Origin: Spizellomyces punctatus DAOM BR117
Lineage: Eukaryota
Length of the DNA: 64,000 bases
Reading direction: 5' to 3' (one strand)
Assembly (NCBI GenBank): GCA_000182565.2
Contig: KQ257456.1
Shown: positions 39,215-51,036 of the stretch, piece after piece
Layout: the number at the start of each line of letters is the position of its first letter
How positions within the stretch are numbered: position 1 is the first letter of the stretch
Program-made: the position numbers and the translations under genes
Notes under the pieces: generated by a model
Databases searched by the model: none
Told to the model about the DNA's origin: nothing
The model's input: the letters and a program-made list of their open reading frames with translations, nothing else

Positions 39215-40125
39215 TACAGGCAACGACCCGTTTGCACCACCGGTTGCCTAAGGGGAATCTCGTGCATTGTTCAGAAGTTTATAAATTTGTGGGAGCCTCC
39301 GATCTTCAACCGTCATGGTCAACATCGTGGCGGTAATTGAGGATCTGGTCCTGAAGGTGACCTTAAACCCCGTATTGCTGACTTTGGGTGGATATTGCTG
39401 ACTAATGTGGCTTGCGTTCCTGCGCCACAGTTTTCAGCATAAAAGGTGGACGCCCTCCATCTCCTCCCCGGTTTCTTTTGCTTTACTCGCCCATTAATAT
39501 CCATGCAGCGGCTTCTTTCTTTGGTTGAGCATTTCTGCGGGAAAGATGGGCCAGAGGAAATCATGTCTTTTGATCTTAGCACATTTGCGTTTTTCCACCG
39601 CAGACGTGTTATAGAGAAAGGCACAATATCCTAAGTGGATTCGATTGTGGAAATGGCGCATAGTTTAATGAACGCCTGGGTAGGCTTGCAAGTGTTTAAA
39701 AGGCACTCGCATTAGGGCTACTCTGAAGCGTTGCCTGACACACCTTTGACGGTTGTTTGACATCTTTGGGAAGAACTTAGGCGGCAACAGAGTTTTGTTG
39801 CAATGGGCCTGGGCCGATTTATCATGCTTGGTATCTCCCTGTTTCGTGGTTTCCAATTTTGAACGAAAATCGCACTTTTGGCAAGCCATGAGGAAACCCT
39901 GGCAGAGCACGCACCAAGGGCACCAAGGACAACCACCCGCCGGGAGATATGGAGACCGATCGCATGATTCGTCTTAACGGACATGCAGTACATCTTTCCA
40001 TTTTTTCTCGACATATTTAGCTTATGTAATGTGTGTGGCGCAGCCATGTACCCGACAGCGTTTCACGTCGCCCATCAAACACACAAGGCTCATTCTCTTC
40101 AACGATAGTACATTTCGCAAAAGCA

Positions 40126-40884
40126 ATGCCCTCCGAACAAACGTACCAAGTGACTATCTTTGTGCAAACAGTATCCCAGCGAGATCCTGTTGAACCCGTC
40201 TCCTTATCTCTGCTAGCGCGTGCAACAACACAAGACGTAGTTCGTGCGGTTGTAGGCATGACTAAAATGGCGAGTGCTCGACAGGAAGCAGGAAATCAGT
40301 GGAAGTTGTATGAGACAGAGTTTGTCCGTGGTGAGTTTGGGGTGTCGTGCCAATGTTGCTCTTGTATGAGGAATTTTTTCGTGAACTGATTGACCGAGTG
40401 GTAGACGAGGAACATGAGGTCCCAGGAACTGGACGGAAAAAGGAACCCAGACACGACGTTTCCCATCGTAAGTTTCACGCCAATATCGCATATGGTGCAG
40501 TCAACCGTACTTATACTCTTTCTATAGGCAAACTAATTCGGCAGCTGCTACCAGACGAACACCCCATCATCGTCCAACAAACCTGGCTAACTCAGCAAAA
40601 TGCTGAAAACATTCATTTCTATTTGATGGAAGTTAAAGAGAAAAGGGCAACCTATGGGGCTTTTGATGAACTGCGCAAAGTATGGCCGACTCTATTTCAC
40701 TTGGTTTGCTGGATCACACTCTCATATCTGCTTATAGGAGCAATGTAAATCGCTACCCCTTCCGAAATTGTACAAGCGACTGCAAACGATTGATCACGAA
40801 GAAGCGCAGACTGTCGATGATGTGAGACGAAAGTATCAGAATCAACGTAATATGATTATGAAGAGAATGGCTGAGCTTTCATGA
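40126..40884 (+). CDS. Ras-association (RA) plus SARAH domain protein, RASSF-like
   Basis: ATTQDVVRAV...WKLYE...RQLLPDEHPIIVQQTW...HFYL, then LYKRLQTIDHEEAQTVDDVRRKYQNQRNMIMKRM. Confidence 0.7.
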
Positions 40885-41410
40885 CTTGCGGGTAGTAGCT
40901 TACATATTCATTTGAGAATATAGCGGGAAGTAGATACTTGTACATAGCATTGTAGATAGTGCATGTTTTGCGAAAGGCGGAGAAATATACTACTCAATAA
41001 ACTTAGAATGAAGTTGGCCTTTTGTCACTGTTATTGGTTGACAAGAGCATGTGATGTAACATGATGGGAAACCAATCCTCACGAGCTTGGACAGTTTAAC
41101 GCACAATACCACGGTAAAACAATAACTGGAAGGCGATCGATCGGAGTTTTGCTCAGCAGAGTGTTTCTGGTCAAAGCACGGCTTATCGCACGCGATGCAA
41201 ATCCTGTCTCATCCGTCAGGGTTTGCTGCACGGGCAACAAAAAAAGGGCTCCCGACGGTGATTATTTACCAGCGGATCGCGGCTCGTTGGAGAGCTCTGA
41301 TGCCACCGACTATAACTGTCACCATTTTACCTAATTATCACGTAATCCGGTCCGCTGGAGAAATTGCCCAACGAGCTTTCTGTTGCTCCAACATTTTCAA
41401 AACAGACAAT

Positions 41411-42548
41411 ATGTCGGATCGCCTGACAAGTGCATTACCTGTCACAATTCCTAATCTCCGCTCTTATCCGGAGACCCGTTCTGCACCTCTGCACCCTCCC
41501 TGGCGAAATGGTAATAATGCGGCCGGAAAAGAGCATTCATCTGTGTCAAAGGAGAGCGACTTGAGTGCTGGAACGAGGAGTGTTTTAAAGTGTGAGTCTA
41601 GAGAGCAGGTCAGACAGGTTTACAAATGGATTCAAATTGGACGTTGCCGCTAATCTATTATTTTGCATTGCCGATTGTAGCCATGATGAGATCCTCCAAA
41701 CTCTCACAATCTCAACAGCGATTCCTTGACAGCTTCCTCCAAGGTATGCAAGAGCTTGTCTACCTTGACTGGTTCACCTTGCTTTTATCACATGTTGATA
41801 TGGTGCAACAGGCGGTGCCCCTCTTCCAGCTACACCCACCCCCGGCATGTCTTTCCGCCCATCCGCGTCTGCATCCTCGCCCGTATCACACGACAAGATC
41901 ACTGTCTCCCGAACGCATCTTCCACCGACTCATCGTCCTCAAATCCGAACACTAGGCCAGATTGCGCAAACAGATGCGTTTGAGATTGAGAGGTACCGAC
42001 CAACACCTAAAAGTGAGACATTTTCTCTATTGTTGAGTTTGCCATGGGGTCGCCATTATAACCCGCGTTTTTTCTTGATAGAGAATTATGCACTTGAAAA
42101 GGACCGTCTCCAGACGTTGATGGCAACAAACGGACACACTTCTCCTGCTGCAGAGTCAGATATCTATTCCGAAACACAACCCAACAAACGAACAAGCCGA
42201 CATCACGAGGATGAGAACGATGATGTCTTGGATGAATTTGACATGGGTTTGTTGGCCTCGCAGTTCCTTTTTTGTCTTTGCTTTTGGTGACAAGTACTAT
42301 GATCGTAGTCATGAAGGAGATTGAAGACAGACGGCAATGGTTAGATGACATGATAGCCCTTGGACATGGAGAAAAATTCAAAAGGCAAATTCAAACAGAG
42401 ATTGCACAGGTTGGTGTAAATGTGGATCACCGAATTGATTTCAACACCGTATTGAAAACGTATTTTGGGTTTGCAGCGAATCAAACGGCTGGAGCAGATT
42501 GATCGTGAACGGACACTTGCTGCTAGAATACCCACGACGAGAACATGA
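41411..42548 (+). CDS. UPF0193/EVG1 (C22orf23)-like cilia-associated protein
   Basis: MMRSSKLSQSQQRFL; EKDRLQTLMA; DEFDM|VMKEIEDRRQWLDDMIALG...IQTEIAQ|RIKRLEQID. Confidence 0.8.
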
Positions 42549-42747
42549 CAATCCTTGTTTAAAATACTGCGTGCATGCAACTGGAAACCAACGACGGCAA
42601 GAAACTTGGCGGTGATTGACCGGTGCTTTTTATTTTATACAAGTTTACAAGTAATTCAATGGTGGCGCTTTTGCGTTATGATACAACCAAGAATACACAG
42701 CTTCTGCCAACACTTCTGGTATATTGACTCCTGTACAGCCTGTCTCC

Positions 42748-43867
42748 TTAAGCGTAGACCAAGTAGCGGTAGTGCTTTTCCTTCTTTTCATCTCCTCCGT
42801 AAGGCACGAATGCGCCGTCGAGATGCTCCGCAACCTTTGCCGGCTGCACACTGTTCTTAATGTGAGCCTGAGCAATGTACAATGGCCGTCCGTCTGACTC
42901 GCGACCTCCCTCGACAAGTTTCAAGCCTTGGGTATTCTTCAAGTGGCCCTCACCATCAACCCACTTGACCGCATTCTCATAACCGAGAAGGATCTCGTAC
43001 TTGGGCACGATGACTTCTTTCCCGCCGTAAGCAATACGAGCACCCTCTTTCATATCCTTTGAAATCTTCCCAATGTGGACACCCTTGTCGTAGTAGGCTC
43101 GGGCAATGTATAGCGGAGTTCCATCCGATTCTTGGCCGCCTCGGATAGCCCCTTGAGGAATGTTGTTGCCATCGGTGAGGATCCAGGTGACAGGAGGGAG
43201 AGGGCGGTTGTTCTTGATCGCCTCGAGGTACTCTCCCTGGCGGCGACGAGCATCTTGCTCCCAGTTCGAGGCGCCCCAGGCGGTTTCGGCCTTGTCCTCC
43301 TTGGCATCATTGTACTTGTCCCAGGCAAAGGCACCAATACCGACTGCAGCAGCAGTTCCCAGAATTCCACCGCCAATCTTCAATTGATCGTCGCTGACGT
43401 GGAAGCCACCAATGTCGAAGCCATCCTTCTTTTGTTTGCGTGGGTCATCACTATTTTCAGGTACAACGGCGGGAATGGAGCCATAACCTTGTTGGTTTTG
43501 CTGTCCATAACCGTAGCCTTGCTGCTGCTGGGGCGGTTGTTGCTGATATTGCTGCTGCTGGGGCGGTTGTTGCTGATATTGTTGTTGCTGTGGTTGGTAT
43601 CCTCCCTGTTGCTGATGATGATGGTGCTGCTGTTGCCCGCATTCATTGTCGGCGACGCGTCCCCAGAGAGCGGGAGTACGATCGGGTGTCCAGTCACCTT
43701 GCGAGCGATGGGGCTGCAAGAATAGAGTAGGAGGTTAATGACTTTTTCTTCATCGCCAGCGTTTTTCCTAAAGTATACATTACCTGAATCACACGGTAAT
43801 GGCTTCCTTGATATTCAACGACACTGCCATTGCCGTAGTCGGTACCGGGTTGCCAGCATTGGGTCAT
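42748..43867 (-). CDS. CBM12/ChtBD3, Gln-rich linker and two DM9 (DUF3421) repeats
   Basis: Exon 1/2 give WQPGTDYGNGSVVEYQGSHYRVIQ|PHRSQGDWTPDRTPALWG; GGQESDGTPLYIARA and GGRESDGRPLYIAQA follow. Confidence 0.88.
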
Positions 43868-43963
43868 GGTTGCGAAATGCTTGTTAAAGATTCGGATTTA
43901 ATGCTTTTCACAAAAAGTAGCTTTCTTGAACAAAGACGAAGAGAGGAAATGCAAGATCGCCCT

Positions 43964-43974
43964 CCCTTTTTATA
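43964..43974 (-). promoter_or_regulatory. TATA box of the CBM12-DM9 gene
   Basis: TATAAAAAGGG about 100 nt upstream of the ATG, followed by a CT-rich tract. Confidence 0.55.
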
Positions 43975-45275
43975 TCCTTTCATAACGAAACGCACAGCCC
44001 AACTTGGCGTCAAAATCATCAAATTGTGTGTGATGTCAGGAAGGTTCTTTTATGCTGTGCCGTTTTGCCTTTTTAGTTGGAGAAACCTTTTGGGGTAGGC
44101 GGAAGGAGAGGTTTTGACGGCAATCTGCGCGCCATTAAGCAACTACACGTCATCATCATTCAACAACACAAACGTCAAAACAGCCGCCGCTTGCTGCCAA
44201 AAGGCTTTTTATTTGCCAAGGAAATGAGTCTGCCTACACTATCCGTTTCGTTTAAACAGTAGGGACACACTATTGACAAAAGGTGCAAGTCCCTTCTAGC
44301 AAGATCTACCCTCCACAAATGTGTGTGCAAATCAAATCATCTTGGCGGCGGATCCGTTCATGGGCTGTCAGAAACACACATACAAGTACACCGCTTTTTG
44401 ACATTTTTGCTGTTCTCCCCCCGCGCTCATCGCCATGCTTAGGCGGGTCCCCGTTCTCCCCAATTTCCACTGGATACGCCCCTCCATCCAACGTGGTTTC
44501 CCGTTTTCAACAACGGTGATGAGGTGATGCGGTTTACTTCATCGACATCCAATTTAGGATAAATGAGCATACTGAGTAAGCCACGCTGCTTACGCAAGCG
44601 ACTGCTGTGTTCAACCAACATCCAAGGGTAAGAACTCACCTTCCTGCTTGCTCCTGGTTGGGAACTTGGACGACGGCAATTGGCGATCTCCTTGCTACCA
44701 CTTGTCGCTATGAATCCTCCACCTTTGTCTTTGCAATGAGAATGGGCCATCGTAGTGTAAAGTGGCAACATGTGTCAAAAAGTTGCAATCTATTCAGGTT
44801 CTGCAATTTGAAATACGTGAGGGTTGCTGATGGCATCTGTGATCCTCAAGTAAGGGTGCAAATCAAAATATTGTTCTCATGCTATTGCATGGATAGCAAT
44901 GAGAGACCCCCCAATGTCATCATCGCTGTGTGTGGTTGTTCAATGCAGTGGCTTTTGTGATCCGGCTAGAATCCATGCTACCACCTTGGAGCCGCTGTTA
45001 AATCGCATGTCCGCGGCCAGGCTGTCGAGTCCGGATGTTTTTTGGTCTTAGGGATCCAATCGAGGCTCATCACAGAGACAAGTGATGCCAGATCGAAAAG
45101 ACCCCTACAGTTCTTGTTCTGCTTTGAATGCTCCCGCCCTTTGAGGGATGTAAATAATGCGGACGACCCGCCCTCAACCAAAGAAAGGTCTACATAAGTA
45201 GGCATGCGTGCATAGCACGGAAGGAACATCCCGCGGCAAGTGGGTGCATGTTATCTTTCTATTTCTCAGTGGAAC

Positions 45276-48200
45276 ATGGCTTTAATAATCCACTGGATGG
45301 GTGGGGTTGTCGTGGCCAGTTATATCGTCTCCTCAGCTGGCGCTTGGGTAGCACTTGAATTGACTCGCTTGCGCTCTAGTAATAGGTTTGTTGACTTGAT
45401 GCCATACAAACAGGATTGTTTGAAATTATCACTCATCACAAAACTTGGTAGAGGATGGCAAAATTTGGTTTATCTCTTGTTGGCGAGCTTTGTCCTTGGT
45501 GGACTAGCCATTTTTACTATGCATGTACGTATCGTTAGCAGCTGATTCATCATTCGCCCATCAAGCAACCTGTAAACTGTTTTGAATTCTTGATTAGTTC
45601 ATTGGCATGGCTGCCTTCAGACTCCAAAACACTGCAGCTTCTCCTCTCATCATGTTTGGTAAAGGGTAATGCTAGCGAGACCGTAAACATTTCCCGCGTT
45701 CCGATATTTAGGTTTATGGACTATTCCTTATCTCAGGCTGACCATTACGAGCATATTTATTCCAATGATTTCTGTTTTTGTTGGAATGTCCATTACCGGA
45801 GCCGCGGACAAACCGGCACTTTGGCGCATTGCACTTGGTAGGTCTTACTTTTCCTCATTCCGGCACTGCACGCAGAGTGACCTTGCTTTTACTCGACCTT
45901 TAGGAGGAGCATCAGCTGCCTTTGGGGTTCTCACGATGGTACGTGGTCGGGGGCCTTCAAGCTGGGTGAAAGTGACTTATCTTGTTCCTGCCAGCATTTT
46001 CTGGCAATGAAAGCGATGACCATTAACCTACGATGGAGACCTGGGATCATCGCACTTTCCAGTATCGTCGCCTGGCTCACGACTTCCGTCGCGTTGTTCA
46101 CATTTTTCAAGCTAAGGCAATACTGGCAAACGAGCTGGCTGAAGCAGGTCGGATGCGCCATGCTTTTGGGGGGAGCAATAACCGCCACGCATTATCTAGG
46201 TCAGTCCGTTGCGCGGGTCCGACTAGAGTAGCTTTTTGGGCTAAACTGTCGATAACAGCCATGTACGCCGCTTTTTACCAAGATGGAGATGTCAGTGTCC
46301 CCTCAGCATCAAGCCTAACTCAATCCCAAGTTCTCAACATTGGAGCAGGCTTCTCAGTGGTCACGGGTCTTTTGCTAGCTGCGCTTGCAGCACGACGCAT
46401 CCATGCGTTCTCGTACGGTGGCTCACAGCGTGGACAGCAACTGACATTGGCCTGCCTTTTACTCAACCGAGAGGGCCAAGTGCTTGTTGATATTGACGGG
46501 AAACTCCCTAACCGCCCTGTCACAGGAGAGTTTGATATAAGTCTCAAAAGCCCCCTCTCGCCCGCTCTACTATGGCTCTTGAAAGTCAGCTGTGCTTGGG
46601 GAAGATTGGGAAGGCTAGCCGCAGCGTTCCGCAAGAACTCGCGCAGGATTGAAAAACTCTTGACGGTGGGTAGCCTTTACGGATCCTCGCCGCACAAAGT
46701 GTCTCAGCTTGGTACAATGTTGCTGATACAAAAGCTTGTTCGCCAGACTCAGGATTATTCCTCCCCTGCGCAGACTGAAGGAAGTTCTACAAGTGGCAGT
46801 ACTAGTACGCCTTCGTCGTTCCACCGACTTGCCCTCATTCACGCAGTAACAACACTTTCCACCATGCTCGGTATAAGATTTCAATTAATGGGAGCCTTGT
46901 ACGATTGTCTGCTCGAAACTCAGGACGGATGGGTAGCGCTGATAGTGGACCAAGTTTCCCCGCATCGGGCAGATCTCTTGGCTGGCAAAGGGTTTCGGTG
47001 GTCGGATGTTGTGCATGTTCTCCCGCGTCTTGCGGCCGATTTGGGAGTAGAGCCCGAGCACACACAAAGTGTCATTGACGACATCCCTTCTTATGTGCAT
47101 AATCACTTTAGTCCTATCCCGCGCGGGCAGCATGTTGGTTTAATGGTCGTGATATCCTCTTTACGAGGTTTAAGGATCATGGTTGCAGAGCGGAATCGGT
47201 CTTCTCTTCCTCTTATCCCAATATCGTCCGACGCGTTTAACGAGCTGAGAAAAAGTAGGGGTGATATGAGCCAGCTTCTGAAGACGTATGCTTCTCAGCA
47301 AGCGCAAGCGGAAGCCCAAGGGGAGCAGCCAGCGCCTGCCGTGGAAATACTGAATGCCTTGGGGCAGCTTGGGGTCGCCCATCCCTCTGAAGAGGGGAGT
47401 TTATCAGCCAAGCTGACCTCATTCAAGTCTTCCCGACTCCCCTTCTCGTCCTTGACATCCCCCAGCGATATTCTTTGTCTACGTCGCCACGCTGGTTTCA
47501 AGTTTAACGACAATGTAACGCCGGCTACATCCTCATCTGGGCTGCCACGTTCCCCTCTTTCACAGTCGGAGGGTAGTCATTCTGATACCGATTTCGATCA
47601 AAATTGGATAGCTCGCATCCCATTCGAATCGTATGTTTATTCCTCCGACTCCAACAGTGTTGACATTATTCTCTTTACATATCTCCAGCATCGCTTGGGA
47701 ATTCCCTTCCTTCCACCTCCTGGGTTCAAAATGGTAGAATTGCAGACATTTGAAGCCACGCATTACTTTCGGTGTTTTCCTGAACGGCATGGGCGTGCAC
47801 TTGCGCGAGAGACGGATAGCGATTTGGTGGGATTCGCACATGAACATCAGGTAGAGGGAGATACCGGAACGAAGGGCACAGGACAAGGGGGAGATAGAAT
47901 GGCCACGGAGTCATCAGCGAATACAAACAAAGTCAGCTCATCCAAAGCCATTGAGAACCCGGATATGGTGGTAATTCACATCCAAGGCGAGAACGATCAA
48001 TCCGGCAACCCATCGAGCGACCGAAATCCAATGTGTATGGCTCTTGCTGCTGAGGATGGAGGGCAAGCAATGCAGTCCGAAGGATCTAGCTACAAAATCA
48101 TGGTTGCTCCGGAAAGCCATCCACGCAATACTGCCTGTGGCAACGCAGGCGATGCAGATGATTACGGAACGGACGTGTCTTTGAGCCGATCGTCCTCGTA

Positions 48201-48726
48201 CGTAAAAGACTCTATACAAACCCTTCATCAAGAGCAGCAACCCCAGAGTAATGAAGAGGTGGCTCCAGGCTTTAGTCGGACAAACAAGCCCAGTTTCATA
48301 TCCCTTCCACCCAGGTTGAATGCGCCAGAGTTTGCGAGCGACGTCCAAAGTTCTGTGAGAGCACCCCGGCACCTCAGTTCGCGATTTACGTTTCCTTCTC
48401 TGCAGGGCTCTGCTGACGGGAGTTTGAGCAGCTTACACTCAAAGCCGCCGAGCGTAGCCTCCCTTTCCCCATTCACGTGGCGTTATTCGTCCTACTTTCA
48501 CACACATTCTCAAGAGGATGATGACGATCACCGCTTGCGGTACCAAACTGATGGCCTTGTGACCGGAGGTGCCTATGAGGACTTGGTTGCTGGTGGTGTC
48601 CCTGGCGCTACCGACGTGTGGGCAGCTATGAGATGGCTCAAAATATATTTGAGTAGTCAATCCGTGGGCGGGGGTTTTTCTGGACGCAGTGGAAAGCTGT
48701 TACATATCCAATCAGAGGAATCGTAG
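45276..48726 (+). CDS. MHYT-domain membrane signalling protein
   Basis: ASYIVSSAGAWVALEL; three motifs TMH|FIGM, TM|HFLAM and THYL|AM; long cytoplasmic C-terminus. Confidence 0.85.
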
Positions 48727-48799
48727 AAGAGTCTGATTGTAAAAATACTCTTACTCTCCTTTATCCTATACATATGGCAGAGTCTATCGACTTGCTTTC

Positions 48800-50435
48800 C
48801 TACTTTATCTTATCAAAGCATTTTGAGCAAAATGGCTTTACCTCTCTCATTTTAGCCATGCTATCAACCTGCGTCTTACAGGTAGAACATCGCAAGCAGG
48901 CCCTAGTAGAGACCTTCATCAGCAAAAAAAACCAGTTGATATAATCTGCTCCACATTTACCGATGCCATTTTGTATTCAGCGGACCAGGCACTTGATCAG
49001 ACATGTACACGGCCTTGCCGCATGCAGGACACGTACTGGAACCGCCCAGGCTCTTTAATGCTTCATTGTCGCCAAGCTTCACGCCCCCGGGGCCGCGCAG
49101 TTCTTTAAGGCCCGCTTGATTGACGGTGAAACCTGGTGTGAAGGTTCTTGGACCGCCCTTCTTAAGGCAAGACTCGCAGGTTGGCCCGGACGGCGAATCC
49201 CCAAAGGGCCGTCCAGCGAGTGGGGTTTTACATGTGGTGCAGGTAAAGCACTGAAATCCTGTAATTGTCAAAGCAAGCACTCTGCGGAACTAAATTCGAT
49301 TCACCGCTTACCTCACTGTGACACACGCTCCCATCCAGTTTAACAAAGCGACCAGAAACTGGCTTTCCACATCTAATACATTGTAGATTGGAGTTGGCAC
49401 TAACCACCAGTACTCGGCACTAGCAGAAGACTACTGTTTGAGATAGGGTAGGTGGTATCAGCTAGACATGCCAAATGGAGAGGAATCTTACCTCGGGATG
49501 CCAGATTTTGCCTTCATCGACTATATATTTGCCATTGATGCCTTTTCCGCACTCGGAGCATGTGAAGCATGCTTCATGGAGTAGCTGCCCAGTCGGAAGT
49601 TGTATTCCTCCATGTCTGACCACCTCGAAACACTTATCACAGCGTACATGAAGGTCTGGAACGTCTTTCCTTTCGGCAAACTCTTTCAGAGCGGCACTGT
49701 TATCATCTACAGGCACTGTCTTTGGAGCTGGAGTGGGCGTTGCCTTGACAGCAGCAGATGGTCTCGCAGACTTGATCTTCTCATGACATGGACGACAACA
49801 AGGTTCTCCGTTGAAATCCAAAAAGGAGCCATCGATTACAGAATGGCAATTGAAGCACTAAGAGCGGATTCACATTGAGTTCCTATGAAGATCATACTTA
49901 CAAAAAAGGATAAGCAAACCTTGAAACAGCTTGGATGATAATACTTGTTCAGTGCCTCAACACCCTGCCCAAAGATGACCTTGAAGCATTCAGCACAACT
50001 CTTGCCGGCATCAAAACATTCCTTGTGCCATATTCTCCCTTCCTGCGACACATATTCTTTTCCCAGCCCCAGAACTGGCCTCCGACACTTTTCGCAGTCT
50101 CCCTTTTTAAAGTGTTTCCCATAGCATGCTTCGCAGTACACATGCTCTCCGGCATGCGTCGGCCCGACAAATACGTCCTCATGCTTTGTTAGTTTTCGCC
50201 CGCATTCAATACATATTTCGTTCACGGAGGTATTCTCATCTCCAAGCATTTTCCTTAGTCCCTTCTCAACGCCCGCATTAAGACCGCTACTGAGATATGC
50301 ATTTGAATAAATGTCCCCACGGTTATCTTTTGCCGACAGGCCGCTGTCAACTGCGTCGACAGCTTTTGTTCCACATGGGGCACAGACTCCGCTCGGTTCA
50401 CGGACAATTTCGCCGCATTGCTTGCAGTATCCCAT
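48800..50435 (-). CDS. Multi-LIM zinc-finger protein (paxillin/CRP-like)
   Basis: Repeated CxxC-x16-18-HxxCxxCxxC-x16-18-CxxC patterns across exons. Confidence 0.88.
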
Positions 50436-51036
50436 GCTAGTTGCTTAATGACAACACCTGGTCCTCCAAATGCGGGAATGGAGTAGAGTGTGGGGAAAAG
50501 CACGGAGCAAGTCGATTCCATAAGCGGCTTCTGGAAGCTTTTGTGCAAAGTCACTGTATTATTTTGCCATTAGAATGACTGTGCCATCTTTGGATGTTTG
50601 GTCATCCAAACGAACCCCTCATTTTTCCAGTTCAAAAAGCTTGTCTGGTTTGCTCGCGATTTGCTGCCTCCCGTCCTGGTGCCCTTTTATTTTTCCAAGC
50701 AGGCTATCCCACCATCAAGCGCCGGGTATACATACATTACTTGTCACGATCACCTTTTATTGCCGTACAGTTGTAAACATCTCCGTATCGTTATCTTGGG
50801 AACGGTGACAGTTTCAAATTCCCACTAGCGCAGTTCCTTGATCTCCAGCTCGCCGTGTGTCGTTTCCCCTTGCCATTTTTTACTCAACAAGAGCGCCCTG
50901 CTACTTGACGAAGGCTGTTTATGCTGGAGATTATCAGTGTGATATAGAGGCTGTGCAGATCACTGTCCGCAACTCCAGTTCAGTTACGGTATTGTTATTT
51001 CCTGCTGTTGAATCCAAGGGCCGTCCTACACTAGCA

